Below, one piece after another: positions 1 through 12,556 of a stretch of DNA of 63,719 nucleotides. The translations under genes and the position numbers were made by a program. This stretch comes from Ministeria vibrans ATCC 50519 (Eukaryota; Protista; Filasterea). The notes beneath the pieces were generated by a model, which was not told the DNA's origin, did no database searches, and saw nothing but the letters and a program-made list of their open reading frames with translations. Position 1 is the first letter of the stretch; each line of letters opens with the position of its first letter. The stretch lies in contig CALSCP010001613.1 of the NCBI GenBank assembly GCA_943704425.1, forward strand, positions 1 through 63,719, read 5' to 3'.

Positions 1-360
1 GTTGTTGTTGTTGTTGTTGTTGTGGCTGTGGGATGGCTGCGCACGCCCGACACCGGAACGTGTCGACCGACGCGCCGGCGGGGATGTTGAAGCGCGCAAA
101 AGCTGGGCCCGCCATGCCCCGGCGCAATATTAAATACAAAACGCGTGGATTGAATGTATATCTTCTCCTGTTCAGCCTTCTCTTTAGCCATAGCCTGCAA
201 CACTTGCGAAGGTACAAGTGGGTCTTCAACAAGCGCACATTTGATTGTTCCAAACCTGACCGGGATGGGATTCATGAAGTTTGGCATTACAAGAAAGAAC
301 GGGTAAATGAATGAATCTTTTGCCAGCGCACAGCTGACAGCCCCACTTTTTTCATTCGTA

Positions 361-2526
361 ATGACCGATCGCGAAACATTCCTTTCCACCTTCAAGCGCC
401 TGGCCACCGAGCTTGTGGACGATGCCAAATCGCAGTATGAGATGCCTGAAGACGCGACGGACTGGTTGAAATTGGTACGTTGCCATGTTTTCCACCTCTC
501 TCGCGCGCCCGGGCTTGTTGCCGCTAGCCGTTGGTGTTGTTTGCTTATGTGATTGGGGATGAGCGCGTCTACAAGTACGCGGCGGCCCCCATTTGACGGC
601 GATGCGTTGTTTGGCCTTGGTCGATTTTCATTCGCTGTCAGTGTCGGATGAGGACGGATTTTGCCACAGAGCCAACGCAGTCACTGTCGTTTCGCTACAC
701 TCCCCCCTATCGCCCAAGTGTTCAATAGCGCGTGTGATGGACGTGCAGGCGGCACGCCTTACGTGCGATCAAAGCACTCATGTCTGATTCGTTTTTTTCT
801 TCTTTGCTTTTGTCTTCAGGTTCTTGACTACAACGTTCCCGGTGGTACGAGTCCAACGCGTCTTGGATCGGTGTGGTGTGTGTGATTTGCTGAGGTTTGG
901 TGCACTGTGTGTAGGTAAAATGAATCGAGGTCTCAGTGTGGTGGATGCGTATCAGACGATTCGCGGAGACAGCGTCACTCTGAGCGCCGATGAGCTGTTC
1001 AAGGCGCAGGTTCTCGGGTGGTGCGTGGAGTGGGTAAGAGGAGCGTGTTGATGAGATACGCTGCGGTGCAAGTGCACAGCCAACGAGTGACATTGAACCT
1101 CAACTTCCGTAGCTTCAAGCGTATTTTCTTGTGGCCGACGACATTATGGACTCGTCCATCACGCGGCGGGGACAGCCGTGCTGGTACAAGAGAGTAAGTT
1201 TGTGCTTTCTGCGTGGTGTGTGTGTCATTGTGGTGTGTATGTGCGTCTTTGTGGTGTCATGTGTGATTGTGGTGTGTGTGTGTGTGTCATTGTGGTGTGT
1301 GTGTCTCTGTGGTGTGTGTGTCTTTGTTTTGTGTGTGTCTCTGTGGTGTGTGTGTCTCTGTGGTGTGTGTGTCATTGTGGTGTGTGTGTCTCTGTGGTGT
1401 GTGTGTCTTTGTGGTGTCATGTGTCATTGTGGTGTGTGTGTGTGTGTCTTTGTTTTGTGTGTGTCTCTGTGGTGTGTGTGTCTTTGTGCTGTGTGTGTCT
1501 TTGTGGTGTGTCTTCGTGGTGTGTGTTTACTCACAGCATCACTTGCAGGAAGACGTGGGTATGGTTGCGGTGAACGATTCGCTTCTGATTGAGGGAAGTA
1601 TGTACATGGTGTTGCGCAAGCACTTCAAGGGAACGCCCTATTACACGGACATCCTCGACTTGTTTCACGAGGTATGTGTCTCTATGCAGTGTCGTACCCA
1701 GCAGAAAAAGGCAAAGCGATTTTTTTTTGAAAATTATCACTGCTGCTTGATGATGTAGGTGTCGTATCAGACTGAGCTTGGGCAGCTTCTTGACCTACTG
1801 ACTGCGCCCGAGGGCAAGGTTGATCTCAACCGATTCTCCATTGAGCGCCACTCGAAGATTGTTCGCTACAAGACTGCTTTTTACTCGTTCTACATGCCAG
1901 TTGCACTTGCGCTTATTTTGGTATGCGGGCCTTTGTGCATGAGGGAGAGTGTACTGACTGTTGTTCTTAGGCGGGAATCAAAGAGCAGACGGCCTTCGAT
2001 GAAAGCAAAGAGATTTTGTTAGAGATGGGCGAGTTCTTTCAGATCCAGGTGAGAACCTGGTCTTACAGGGGAAAGTGTATGGACTGACAAGTGATTTTAC
2101 TTGTATTGCAGGATGACTACCTGGACTGCTATGGCGATCCAAAGGTGATTGGGAAGATTGGGACGGACATTGAGGACAATAAGTGCGGGTGGCTGATTGT
2201 GCAGGCGCTTAAGCGAGCATCAGACAGCCAGCGCAGCGAACTGCACGTAAGGAGTCGCGCCAAGGGGGAGGGGGCGGTGTTTGTTTGCGCAGTAACTCAC
2301 CTCATCGTATTGTGTATGTGTGCAGGCCAATTACGCGCGGGCGGATCCAGTGTGTGTGGCGGCTGTCAAAGCAGTGTACAAAGATCTCAACCTGGAACAG
2401 CTGTACAAGGACACCGAGACGGAGAGCTACGCGCGCCTCACGGCCATGATCGAATCCAAGTGCGAGTATGTGCCCAAAAAGGTGTTTCTCGATTTTGCCA
2501 AGAAGATCTACTTCCGACACAAGTGA
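361..2526 (+). CDS. FDPS: Farnesyl diphosphate synthase (multi-exon)
   Basis: Spliced model gives [23 protein letters not shown] (FARM with aromatic chain-length residues), [19 protein letters not shown] and FQIQDDYLD (SARM), ending KIYFRHK*. GT-AG introns include 475-819, 845-914 and 1034-1112. Confidence 0.97.
1210..1525. repeat. TG-rich intronic minisatellite (tgtgtctctgtggtgtg-like units)
   Basis: Imperfect tandem TG-rich units inside an FPPS intron; they explain the Cys/Val-rich spurious ORFs. Confidence 0.9.
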
Positions 2527-2600
2527 AATCATCGCAAACCATCACCATTTCAAATAAAATAATAACAATAATTTTTAATAATAATAAAAATTAATAGTAA

Positions 2601-3010
<410 letters not shown>

Positions 3011-3031
3011 ATAGAATATGGGGTTAGGGCC

Positions 3032-5103
3032 TTAAGGGCGGGCAATGGCTCCGTCAGCCAACCACAGAGGGTTCTCGAGCGTGTAAGTGGAGCGCACAAA
3101 CGATGAGGTACTCGCGTTCATAGATCGTGAAGTCTAAGTGAAGGCAGGTGGAAGAACATGCCGAGTATGTGTGAGAGGCAAAAAAACAAAAGCAAAGTAA
3201 CAGAGTGAAGCGAAGAAACAGAGTTGAAAAAACAAAGGAGAGTAGAGCAAATTAAAAATTAGAACAGAGTGCGAAGAAAACACTTGGAACAAAGGAGAAT
3301 GAGGAATATGAATAATAAATTAAAATAATAAGTAGAAAAGAGAAAGAAATGAAAGTGAGTTTGTGGAGCACCTCGGGACTGGGGCCATGAGTGTCGACGG
3401 AATGAAGTGGTTGGGCGGGTCGTGTGCCAGACACAGTGGCCGGTCGAGGGATGCGCGAGTCGGATACAGGCGATGCGGTCGCTGCTACCGCTGAAACTGT
3501 CTCCTCGACAGCGACGGGTGTTGCCGTAGTTGTTGGTGTCGGTACAGCTGCCGCTGCGCTGGCGTTGCGCCCTTGCGAGTGTACTTTTCTGGATTTGGAC
3601 GGTTGTTGCTGTTGTTGTTGGGAGGCGGTAGAGGCAGGCGTGCGTCTCATGGGGGCGGTGGGTTTGCGAAGGGGCTGTCGGGTGAGTTGGAGCTGTTGTT
3701 GTTGCGTCAGGAGACGCATCTGTTCCTGTTGGAGGCGTCGTTCGCGAGCCCGTTGAGTTGCAACTGAGATGGGACGCACGGAAACGGGTGTCGACGCCGT
3801 ATTGGCTACGACGGAGGAGGAGTTGGTGGACGAGTTTGAGCGCATTGAGGCGGTGAGGGTGAGTGAGCGGATCATCTGTTCATGCTCGAGTTCGCGCGAG
3901 CGCTGCAGAATGAGCATCTGTTCGGCCGATGTGTACGAGAAAAAAATGTTGTACACGGCAAGCTTGGCCGACGAGAGTTGGTTCCACACACGCTGCACAA
4001 GCAGCTGGTCGGCGCTGCTCATGGTGTCGGTGTCGGCAAAGCCGTCGGCAAAGCGTTCGCAATCATAGACGGTCCGTCTCAACTCGCGCACCTTGAAGGA
4101 GCGATACAGACTGCGCGTGAGGTACCCACGCGCACAGGCGTGAAGCTTGGCAGCCGTAGAACCAGAAGAAGTGGGCGGGCGCAGAGAATTGGCGTCCGTC
4201 GCAACGGGTTGATGTGTAGTTCGTCGTACACGAGCCGGCGACTGCATAGGTGCGCCGATTGGGGCGCTCTGCGGGCGTAACGACTGTGTTGTGATGTCGA
4301 GCGACGTGTTTGCCTGTTGGTGTTGCAGTTTTTTCAGCTTCTTTTCGCGCATTGTCCGTTGCAAACTCTTCAACTGCTCGCGAATCTGTCTCAAATCGTC
4401 GTCGTCTTCGTCTTCGTCGGAGTTCGCGTCGTCCTCCGAATCGACGGCGTGCCCGTCATAATTCCCACCGTCGCCTGCATGCAATGGCTTGGACGGACTC
4501 GCAGCGGGTGCCAGTTGGGCACGACGGCGGCGTTCGAGCTCCCGTTCAAAGTGCACTCGAGCCTGTCGCTCGTGTTCGAGACGGTCCGCCGATGCCGCCT
4601 GTTCTCGTTCCGCGCGTTCCTTCTGCACCCGATCACGCTCCATATCGGCCAGTCGCGCGAGTTCATGTTTGCGTCTGCAGCGTCAACAACAAAAAAACCG
4701 TTAAGCCGCGAAACTTGAAAAAAAAAAATGCGTTTTTCTTATTTGCAAAAAAGCAAAGCATTTAGACTCGAAACAAGCGGACAGGAGACTCGGGTGTGCA
4801 GAAGGAATGGAAGAGAAGGAGGGGGTGCGCGGAATGGAAGCGAAGAAAGGGCGTACGCTTGGTCTTGGGCGTCGCGCAGCAGAACTTGTCTCAAACGAGA
4901 CACTTCGGCCGCACGCCGGGCCTCAAGGCGCTCCACAACGCGTACGGCGGCTCGACGGTCTTCGTTCAGCTGCTCTCGCTCGGCATCGGTCAGCTGGGAA
5001 GGCGATGCAGACTCAGTGGAAGGCATTCTATGAAGTGTTGGGCAAGTACCAGGGGCGGCAGGATGGGACGTCCATGGAAGCAGATGGTCGACTGTGTTGA
5101 CAT
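3032..5103 (-). CDS. CCP110: Centriolar coiled-coil protein 110 (CP110) homolog
   Basis: Exon 1 MSTQSTICFHGRPILPPL matches the CP110 N-terminal FHGxxILxPL motif. The later block AKLHACARGYLTRSLY...LVQRVWNQLSSAKLAVYNIFF...EQMLILQRSRE matches the CP110 IQ/calmodulin-binding region. The 3' end is uncertain: stop at 3252 if unspliced, or about 3032 with a last exon. Confidence 0.85.
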
Positions 5104-5310
5104 GGGCACGTTGTGTTGTACACACTCAGCCAAGACGAATGTTAAAAAAGAAAAATTATTTAGTCAGGTTGATAATTGATTAAACTTTAAACTTGAATGT
5201 TTCTGTCAAGTAAAACCACGTTTATATCATGAGAAGTGCGATGACAAGGGAAGGCGGGTGTTCGTGTGGGTGTCTCTCAAGTCTCGGCAGATTGAGCGGC
5301 GTCATGGGTC

Positions 5311-5508
5311 ATGAGTCATGGAGGACACTTCAAAGCCGGACAGGTGCGGTTGTCATTCGCCAAGTAAGGCATCTTCATGCATAAAGCATAATTATGAAAG
5401 TTTTGACTCTTTCTCAGTTGTCAATCATCAATTGAAAGCAAAATTGATTTGCCGAACTATTGAAAAAGAAAAAGACATTTAATGACTTATGACTGCCTCA
5501 TGAGTCAT
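5311..5508. promoter_or_regulatory. Two perfect ATGAGTCAT (AP-1/Gcn4-type bZIP) motifs at 5311-5319 and 5500-5508
   Basis: Exact 9-mers upstream of the CP110 start; function inferred only. Confidence 0.3.
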
Positions 5509-5679
5509 GGCTCACATGAAAGAAGTCCGAGAGAAATTACTATAATAATAAAAATAATTATTATACTAATATTATATTTTGCTACAATTCAAATATACTA
5601 CAATAAATTTACCCAGCCCATAATAGTAAATAGAGACATCCCTGGTCAATATCCACCCAGACGGCAGACAGAGCAATGA

Positions 5680-6240
5680 TCAGCTCAGGACTTGAAGTTG
5701 AATGGGCTTGTTGTTCTGATAGAGCAGCGTCGCCCTATTGCCGTCCTCGTCCACCTCAATGTTACGCCCCAACTCAACGGCAAGGGCAGAACACATCAGA
5801 CCCATGCCTCCGACTGGGGCTGGATGGTAAAGACGCCCCGACGAGATCGAGAAAGCCAAGCTGTTGAGTTGGAACGGCACGCGCAATGAGTTTCCGTACG
5901 TGAGCTCGTCCCGCTCGAGCGTCAGAAACACAATGGGCCGATCGTCGCAGCGCAAAAAGTTGAGTTCTCGTCCACACGGGGATATGTACGGGAAGTCGGG
6001 CCATTCGCCAGTGTCGTTGGGACGCACGCGACGAAAGAAGAAGTCGAGAAAGTGCTTCTCTTTGAAGGCGGACACAAAGTTCTTGATGCGCGCGTCGTCC
6101 ATGAAAAGCATCCCATGGTGATCCACATAGTAGAAGTACTGTCGAGCAAAGCGTTTGCTGCTGGGCGTCGACCCTTGTTCGTAGCAGCTCGTCGAATACA
6201 GTCGTCGTGAAAGTAAAAGTGGACGTCGCATTGAAAGCAT
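5680..6240 (-). CDS. UPF0598/C8orf82-like (DUF4505) protein, probably mitochondrial
   Basis: Single exon; RQYFYYVDHHGMLFMDDARIKNF...FPYISPCGRELNFLRCDDRPIVF; Arg-rich N-terminal presequence. Confidence 0.9.
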   Translation of the reverse strand: MLSMRRPLLLSRRLYSTSCYEQGSTPSSKRFARQYFYYVDHHGMLFMDDARIKNFVSAFKEKHFLDFFFRRVRPNDTGEWPDFPYISPCGRELNFLRCDDRPIVFLTLERDELTYGNSLRVPFQLNSLAFSISSGRLYHPAPVGGMGLMCSALAVELGRNIEVDEDGNRATLLYQNNKPIQLQVLS

Positions 6241-6471
6241 TATCAAGAGCCCACACGCGACGTAAAAACAGCAGCACCAATTGATATTATGAGACCAGCT
6301 CCCCTTCAGCTTTTTCAGAGCGCGTGAACTGTAAAATAAAGTAAGAATTAAGAAAAAAGTTAAAGAGTCAGGATTTAGGATCAATCACTCTGACGAGTTT
6401 TACAGTTTCAGTTTAGCATAACTATTATAATAAATATAACTTCACATAAATTAACATTTTCTTTTCGCTGT

Positions 6472-8175
6472 ATGCTCGGCCACCGACTTGCAAGACATCT
6501 CGCTAGAGTGTGGCAGGCGCCATGCGTCGCAGGCGTTCGTATGGCACACACGGCAGGCGTGCGCGTTCGGTTTGCCCCATCGCCAACAGGGTCGTTGCAT
6601 CTTGGAGGACTCCGCACTGCTCTGTTCAACATCCTCTTTGCGCGGCGACACAATGGCGTGGCAATATTAAGAATCGAAGACACCGATCGGGTACGGCGCA
6701 ACTTGAACTCGTTTTCATTTCTCACCCCATTCGCACAGAAACGCCTTGTGCCCGAGGCGGAGGCCGGCCTCATTGAAACACTTGAATGGGCCGGCCTCAA
6801 CTTTGACGAGGGACCCCACAGGCCTGGTGGTTCGTTTGGGCCGTACCGCCAAAGCGAACGACTCGCACTCTACCGTGAGCACGCCGCGCGCCTTGTGCAC
6901 CTCGGCGCCGCCTACCACTGTTTTTGTCAGCGTCACGCCGTGGGCGACAGCGTCAGCGACACCGACTCTGCCATGATCACGCATCAGAGCGAAACACACA
7001 CTTGTTCGTGTGCGTCTCAGTCGTGTGAGCGAGCACAGCAACGCATCGACCGTGGCGACGTCTACTGCATCAAAATGAAGGCGACGCGCGACAGCACCAG
7101 TGTCAACGACGCTGTATATGGATATGTGACGTTTCCTCCTCGCGACGGCGGTAGCGACGACGCGGTGCTGCTCAAGCAGGACGGTTGGCCCACCTACCAT
7201 CTGGCCAATGTGGTCGACGACCATCTGATGGCCATCACTCACGTTCTGCGCGGCTGGGAGTGGCTCTCGTCAACGCCCCTGCACTCTTCGTTGTACGCTG
7301 CCTTTGGCTGGACTCCACCTGTGTTTGCACATGTGCCGCTGCTCATCAATGCCGACGGCTCAAAGCTGTCCAAGCGCAAAGGCGACGCCTTTGTTGACCA
7401 ATTCCGTAGCAAGGGCTACCTCCCTAGCGCTCTCCTCAACTACATTGGTTTTCTCGGCTGGACCCCGTCCGTTGAACTTGCCTCTAGCATCCTGCCACAC
7501 CCCATCGACGCCATGACTCCTCATTTCTCCCTTGAAAAAATCCAGCGCAACGCAGCGCAGACCGATGCAATGCGTCTCAACCACGTTAACAAGGAGCATC
7601 TCAAGGACGCTTTTCACGGCGCACTCATTGACACACCCGTTTCGGCACTCTCGCCCCTTGCCCATCTGTGCATCGTTCAGTTGCGAGAGACTGTCTCGGC
7701 GCAGCTCGACCCGCCTGCTCTTCTCCTCGACGACACTTTCCTTGCGCGCGCCCTCGTCATCCTCCACCGCCGCGTCTCCTGCGTCCCCGACATCCCTACC
7801 CTCGCCCCCTACTTTTGGCGCAATCCCTCACCCGCCGACTACGCCTCTGTTGCGGCGTGGTGCACAACCCTCTCCTCTCGCCTCGAATCCCTTAGTGCGC
7901 CCCCACTGTCCACGCTGCTTCACTGCGCGTCGACGTACCTACAAGCCTCTCTCGCCAGCGCCAGTGTCACGAGGAGCAGCGGCAGTGCTCCCTCATTGCT
8001 CATTGCGCACCTTGTGCGCACACATACCCTCCCACGCGACCTTGCGATGCAGATTGTTCGCATGGCGGTCACTGCGTCGCGCGTGGGCGGTTCCCTTCCG
8101 GACACTCTCAACCTTATTGGCACTCCCTCGCTCCTCGCCCGCCTTGACTGCGCACGCGACTCCCTTGTACACTAG
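6472..8175 (+). CDS. EARS2: Mitochondrial glutamyl-tRNA synthetase
   Basis: VRVRFAPSPTGSLHLGG (HIGH), LRIEDTDR, PTYHLANVVDDHLM and KLSKR (KMSKS); presequence; probable 48-nt in-frame intron at 6691-6738. Confidence 0.95.
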   Translation: MLGHRLARHLARVWQAPCVAGVRMAHTAGVRVRFAPSPTGSLHLGGLRTALFNILFARRHNGVAILRIEDTDRVRRNLNSFSFLTPFAQKRLVPEAEAGLIETLEWAGLNFDEGPHRPGGSFGPYRQSERLALYREHAARLVHLGAAYHCFCQRHAVGDSVSDTDSAMITHQSETHTCSCASQSCERAQQRIDRGDVYCIKMKATRDSTSVNDAVYGYVTFPPRDGGSDDAVLLKQDGWPTYHLANVVDDHLMAITHVLRGWEWLSSTPLHSSLYAAFGWTPPVFAHVPLLINADGSKLSKRKGDAFVDQFRSKGYLPSALLNYIGFLGWTPSVELASSILPHPIDAMTPHFSLEKIQRNAAQTDAMRLNHVNKEHLKDAFHGALIDTPVSALSPLAHLCIVQLRETVSAQLDPPALLLDDTFLARALVILHRRVSCVPDIPTLAPYFWRNPSPADYASVAAWCTTLSSRLESLSAPPLSTLLHCASTYLQASLASASVTRSSGSAPSLLIAHLVRTHTLPRDLAMQIVRMAVTASRVGGSLPDTLNLIGTPSLLARLDCARDSLVH

Positions 8176-8277
8176 TTGTATATTCCCACACGTCTTTCAT
8201 TTGACAACTCAACGATTGGCCCATCTTCATGCATTCTCGATCTCGCATAAGAATAAACTATTATCGTTTTCATTATT

Positions 8278-9697
8278 TTATAACTCGTCTTTGGTCGGCT
8301 CGGCCGGCACACACTCAGACCGTTCGTTGCGCACATAGCCCGTCGCACACGTACACTATACATGCAGGGAGCGACATTTAGTGTATTAATTAGAACGATT
8401 CATTAACGTGCTTACGACGTGGAATCCCTCTGCGTTTTCGCACATCTCTGCGTCGGGGCGACAAGGCGACGAGAGACAGTCGTCAATGTCCTGACACTCA
8501 TTGTCCACCATTTCGTATCCGGCCACACACTGGTCGCAGTGGTCGCCCGTACTGTGCCCTGAACACCCCGAGCACACGCCCGTCACAGCGTCGCAATTCG
8601 ACGACCGTCCATTGCACACACACACGTCACACATGTTCGTCTCGGCGTTGCGGTAGTACCCAGCCATGCATGCCGTACACTCTCCTGCCTCCGGCCCCGT
8701 ACACTCCTTGCAGCCCGTGCCGCATGCAACGCACACACTGTCGCTCGTGCGTAGATAGTGCCCGCTCGAGCACGATTTGCATCCGCCGTCGTTGCCGCTC
8801 CGACTGCACCTTGCACACTTCCAAAAGCACCGCTCGCATGCTCCACTGTCGCGGTTGCGGAAGAATCCCTTTTTGCACTTTTGACAGCCAGACCCAGCAT
8901 AGCCTATGAACACGCGCAGGGGCGTTACGTTGCATTAGTATCAATGGGGTTGTTCGCATTTTTCGCATTCACTCTGCGTGTGCTCAGCGTACCGGTATCA
9001 CACTGGCACTTGGCGTGGGTGGCTGTCCGATCGCCGTCACTCTTGCACTTTCCGTGTCCACTGCACACAGCGCCGTCCTCGTTGCGACGTCCCGGACAGT
9101 CTTGGCACTTCTCGCCCCACGTGCCCGCCGGACAGCACACCTTGGCGGCAGAGGCGCACAGTGCGCGTTCAAGCTGCTCGCGCGAATGCGTAACCGTCTC
9201 CGCTTCTCCATCGCCAAAGAACCATTTCTCAATCACCTGCACCGGCAAACATTAGAAAGCGTCAAAAAGGGGCTGCACCAGCGGCGTGGAAGGAGAGCGT
9301 TGCGGGAGGGCAGACAGCGCAAAATGCGTTTTGTGATCGAATGTGATGGAACACTTTCGATAGAAGCAATCACTGCACGACGTAAATTCGCCCGATCTTC
9401 AATGAATACCTCTTCGTGTTGGGCCACCAACTCATTGCAAGCTTCCTTCTTGCCGCAAACATCGTCCAGCATCTCGACAAGGCGCACTTCGGAACGCGAA
9501 AAGTCCCGCAACGCTCTCTCCTCCCATTGGCTGTTGCCACCGCCGTGTCCCCCAGACGCCGTCTCGTCGAGCCGACGCATAATCGAGTCCACAAGCTCAC
9601 GGCAGTCGCTGCAAGTCGCACGCTTCGCAAATGCGAACGTGAGCGTCGTCATCATAACCAGTGCAGTCAACATGAGATTTTGGCCTAATCGTCGCAT
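8278..9697 (-). CDS. CRELD2: CRELD2-like ER protein (DUF3456 + EGF/furin-like/laminin-EGF repeats, KDEL)
   Basis: Signal peptide, CSDC, GGGNSQWEE...SEVRLVEMLDDVC, CCPAGTWG, CQDIDDC; the last spliced exon ends PTKDEL*. Confidence 0.88.
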
Positions 9698-9945
9698 TGT
9701 GAACCGGTGAACAAAACGATCAATATCGTCGCACAGAGAGAAGCAAGTGAGGGAAACAGGAGACTTAAAAAAAAAAACTGAACAATTAGACAAAGTAGAA
9801 ATCGAGGAAATTATAATTATTTTCTTATACTTGATACTGGTTACTACTATATTCCTCTTTAGTATCAAAGGACTCACTGAAAGGAGTTCTTTTTTACTAA
9901 TTAATCATTAATAAATGGGTTGTATTCTTCTTCTTCTAATTATTA

Positions 9946-12509
9946 TTATGAATTTGGCTCCGTTCCAAAATACCGATCACCAAAATTGCCAACGCCTGGC
10001 AGAATGTGAAACTGATCGTTGACACGGTCGTCAAGATTGGCCGTGACAATGCGCACCTACACACCGAAGCAAACGGATAGAAAAAAAGACAAAGCGGGTT
10101 AGTGCAGGAGAAAAGAGAGAGAGTGACAGCATGAATGAGACCTCGGGGAAGGCATAAGCGACAGAGGCAACGCCAGCACGGGCGGAGATCAAAGAAAGCA
10201 AGGCAATGCGTTCAGGGGGGATGCCATGGTCAAGTAGAACGCGAATGGCCATGATAGCGGCAGACCCAGTTGCAATAGTCGCATCGGTCAGGAACACATA
10301 GTCATTTTCCAAGAAGCGAGGCAATTTGTAGTAGTGTAACTGTGATGACAGATTAAGAAGAGAGAGAAAAAAACAAGTGAGAAAGAGGAGGGAGAAAATA
10401 ATAAGTGATAGAGAAAAAAGAGTACAAAAGAACCAGAGTGAAAGAAGAGAGAATAAACAGAGAGAGAGAGAGCAAAACGAGAACGTGAGAGCGGGTCAAT
10501 GACACAGAGAGAGTTTGAGAGTTTGAGAGAGTTTGAGAGAGTTTGAGAGAGTTTGAGAGAGAGTTTGAGAGTTTGAGAGTTTGAGAGTTTGAGAGTTTGA
10601 GAGAGAGAGTTTGAGAGTTTGAGAGAGAGAGAGTTTGAGAGTTTGAGAGAGAGAGTTTGAGAGTTTGAGAGTTTGAGAGTTTGAGAGTTTGAGAGAGTTT
10701 GAGAGTTTGAGAGTTTGAGAGTTTGAGAGAGAGAGTTTGAGAGTTTGAGAGTTTGAGAGAGAGTTTGAGAGTTTGAGAGTTTGAGAGTTTGAGAGAGAGA
10801 GTTTGAGAGTTTAAAGGGTTTGAGAGTTTGAGAGTTTGAGAGTTTGAGAGTTTGAGAGAGTTTGAGAGTTTGAGAGAGAGAGAGTTTGAGAGAGAGAGAG
10901 AGAGTTTGAGAGAGAGAGAGAGAGAGTTTGAGAGAGAGAGAGAGTTTGAGAGAGAAACAAAGTGAGAGAGAGAGAAAGGGAAAGAGAGAGAGAGAGATTG
11001 TGTGCGTGTATGTGTGTGGTATTTTGAGAATTAGTATTTAATAAATTACTTCGGTGTATCTTGTTTCTACTTGTGACGTCGGTCGGTTGGAGACTTGAAA
11101 CAGACTCAGAGAGGTATTTATTGAGGGAAGTTAGTCAGATTTAAAATGGCACTGTCGCTTTGAAATGCATTGAGAGAGAACTTCATAGCGTCGATGGCTG
11201 GTGCTTGCACTTGCAATGCAAACCCTTTTATTATTATTAAAAATTATGGCTGCCTTGTGGAAGTTTATTATTATTATTACAGTATTATTATTATTAATCT
11301 CTTCCCTCCATAATTTTCTTAATGGTAGCATAAACACCCTTTACTGTTGATTTTCTATTCCCCCCAACATCCTATGTTGCAGGAGAACTTGCTACGCGCT
11401 GGGTTCGCTTTGCCACCAAAACACACTGTACGGCACCATTGGTTACTTTCTGCCCGACCGCGACGGTGTCGTCCGAGGAGTCTACCGGGAATTTTTTGAT
11501 ACATGTACAAAGTACACATAGCCCTTAATTCTTTTGAAATTCCTTGTTACCATTTTGATGCGATTGTAGCGGATGTCGTCTGGTGCGCTTCCGCCGCCAC
11601 TCTTTCGCAGCACAACAGGCCCTCCATAGCAGATAATCTCATAGTGGCAATGGAACACGCCTGGAGTGGAAATCGTTTGCTGAGCGGTACTCGTCGCAAT
11701 TGCGAGCGCCAGAATGAGAAAGAGAGAGCTTTTCATTAATAATTGCGTTCCTAATAATAAAAAAGAGTAATACAAAAATAATAAAAATAATAATTATAAT
11801 TATTTTAATAATAATAAATTTATTATTATTATTATTAATAAATTTATTCTTATTATTAATATTATTAGTATTATTGTCCAAACAGGAAATAAAATCACAC
11901 TTTGGTCTCGCTTCGTCTGGATTACGCTAACATACAAGAAGCAGTATCTGCTAGAACCAAGATGTAATTTAGGTCCGGCACACCAGGGTGGGGCAACACC
12001 AGCGGTAAAGACGCACGTGAGGTGAGAGCGCGGGTCAAAAAAAACGCCGATTAGATTTTCGCCTCGTTCGTTTCGACTTCGTTTCGGCACAAACACACAC
12101 ACATTTCCCATACGGGTCTCCCAATCGCAGCCAACGTACAAAAAATAGATGAAGAAGGAGTCAAGCAAGGTAGGAGGTTGGTCTGTGCAGCACATCGCAC
12201 CACATGGGAGAGAGACTGAAAGATTAACGGTAAAAATTATTAATCATTGTACCTTAAATGTGATTTCAACTGTTTCGCCAAATGTCTTCTTCTTCTTCAA
12301 CTGTTTCGCCGAATAAGCAATGAGCAATGAGCTCAAATTACTCAATAAAAGCGCTGAAAAATCAAGATAAGATAATTAATAATGTTTTTGTGATCTTCTT
12401 AGAAGTTGAATACCAAGCAAATTAATTAATTACTCAATAAAAGCGCTGAAAAATCAAGATAAGATAATTAATAATGTTTTTGTGATCTTCTTAGAAGTTG
12501 NNNNNNNNN

Positions 12510-12556
<47 letters not shown>

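Noticed and set aside
475-819. Possible intronic C/D snoRNA in FPPS intron 1
   Set aside because: Only an imperfect C box and a CTGA near the branch point; no terminal stem or recognisable guide.
1115-1758. Cys/Val-rich or His/Thr-rich ORFs
   Set aside because: Translations of the TG minisatellite within an FPPS intron.
10505-10950. Telomere-like repeat (TTTGAGAG, one tttaaaggg variant)
   Set aside because: Internal and intronic with variable (GA)n unit length; consistent with a microsatellite derivative.
11800-12195. 131-aa minus-strand ORF upstream of the nested gene
   Set aside because: No ATG start or recognisable motif, and it runs into (AAT)n low-complexity sequence.
12336-12500. 73-bp exact direct repeat (12336-12408 and 12428-12500), a possible target-site duplication or LTR remnant
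   Set aside because: The second copy abuts an N gap, so it is most likely a contig-end artefact; no transposase nearby.
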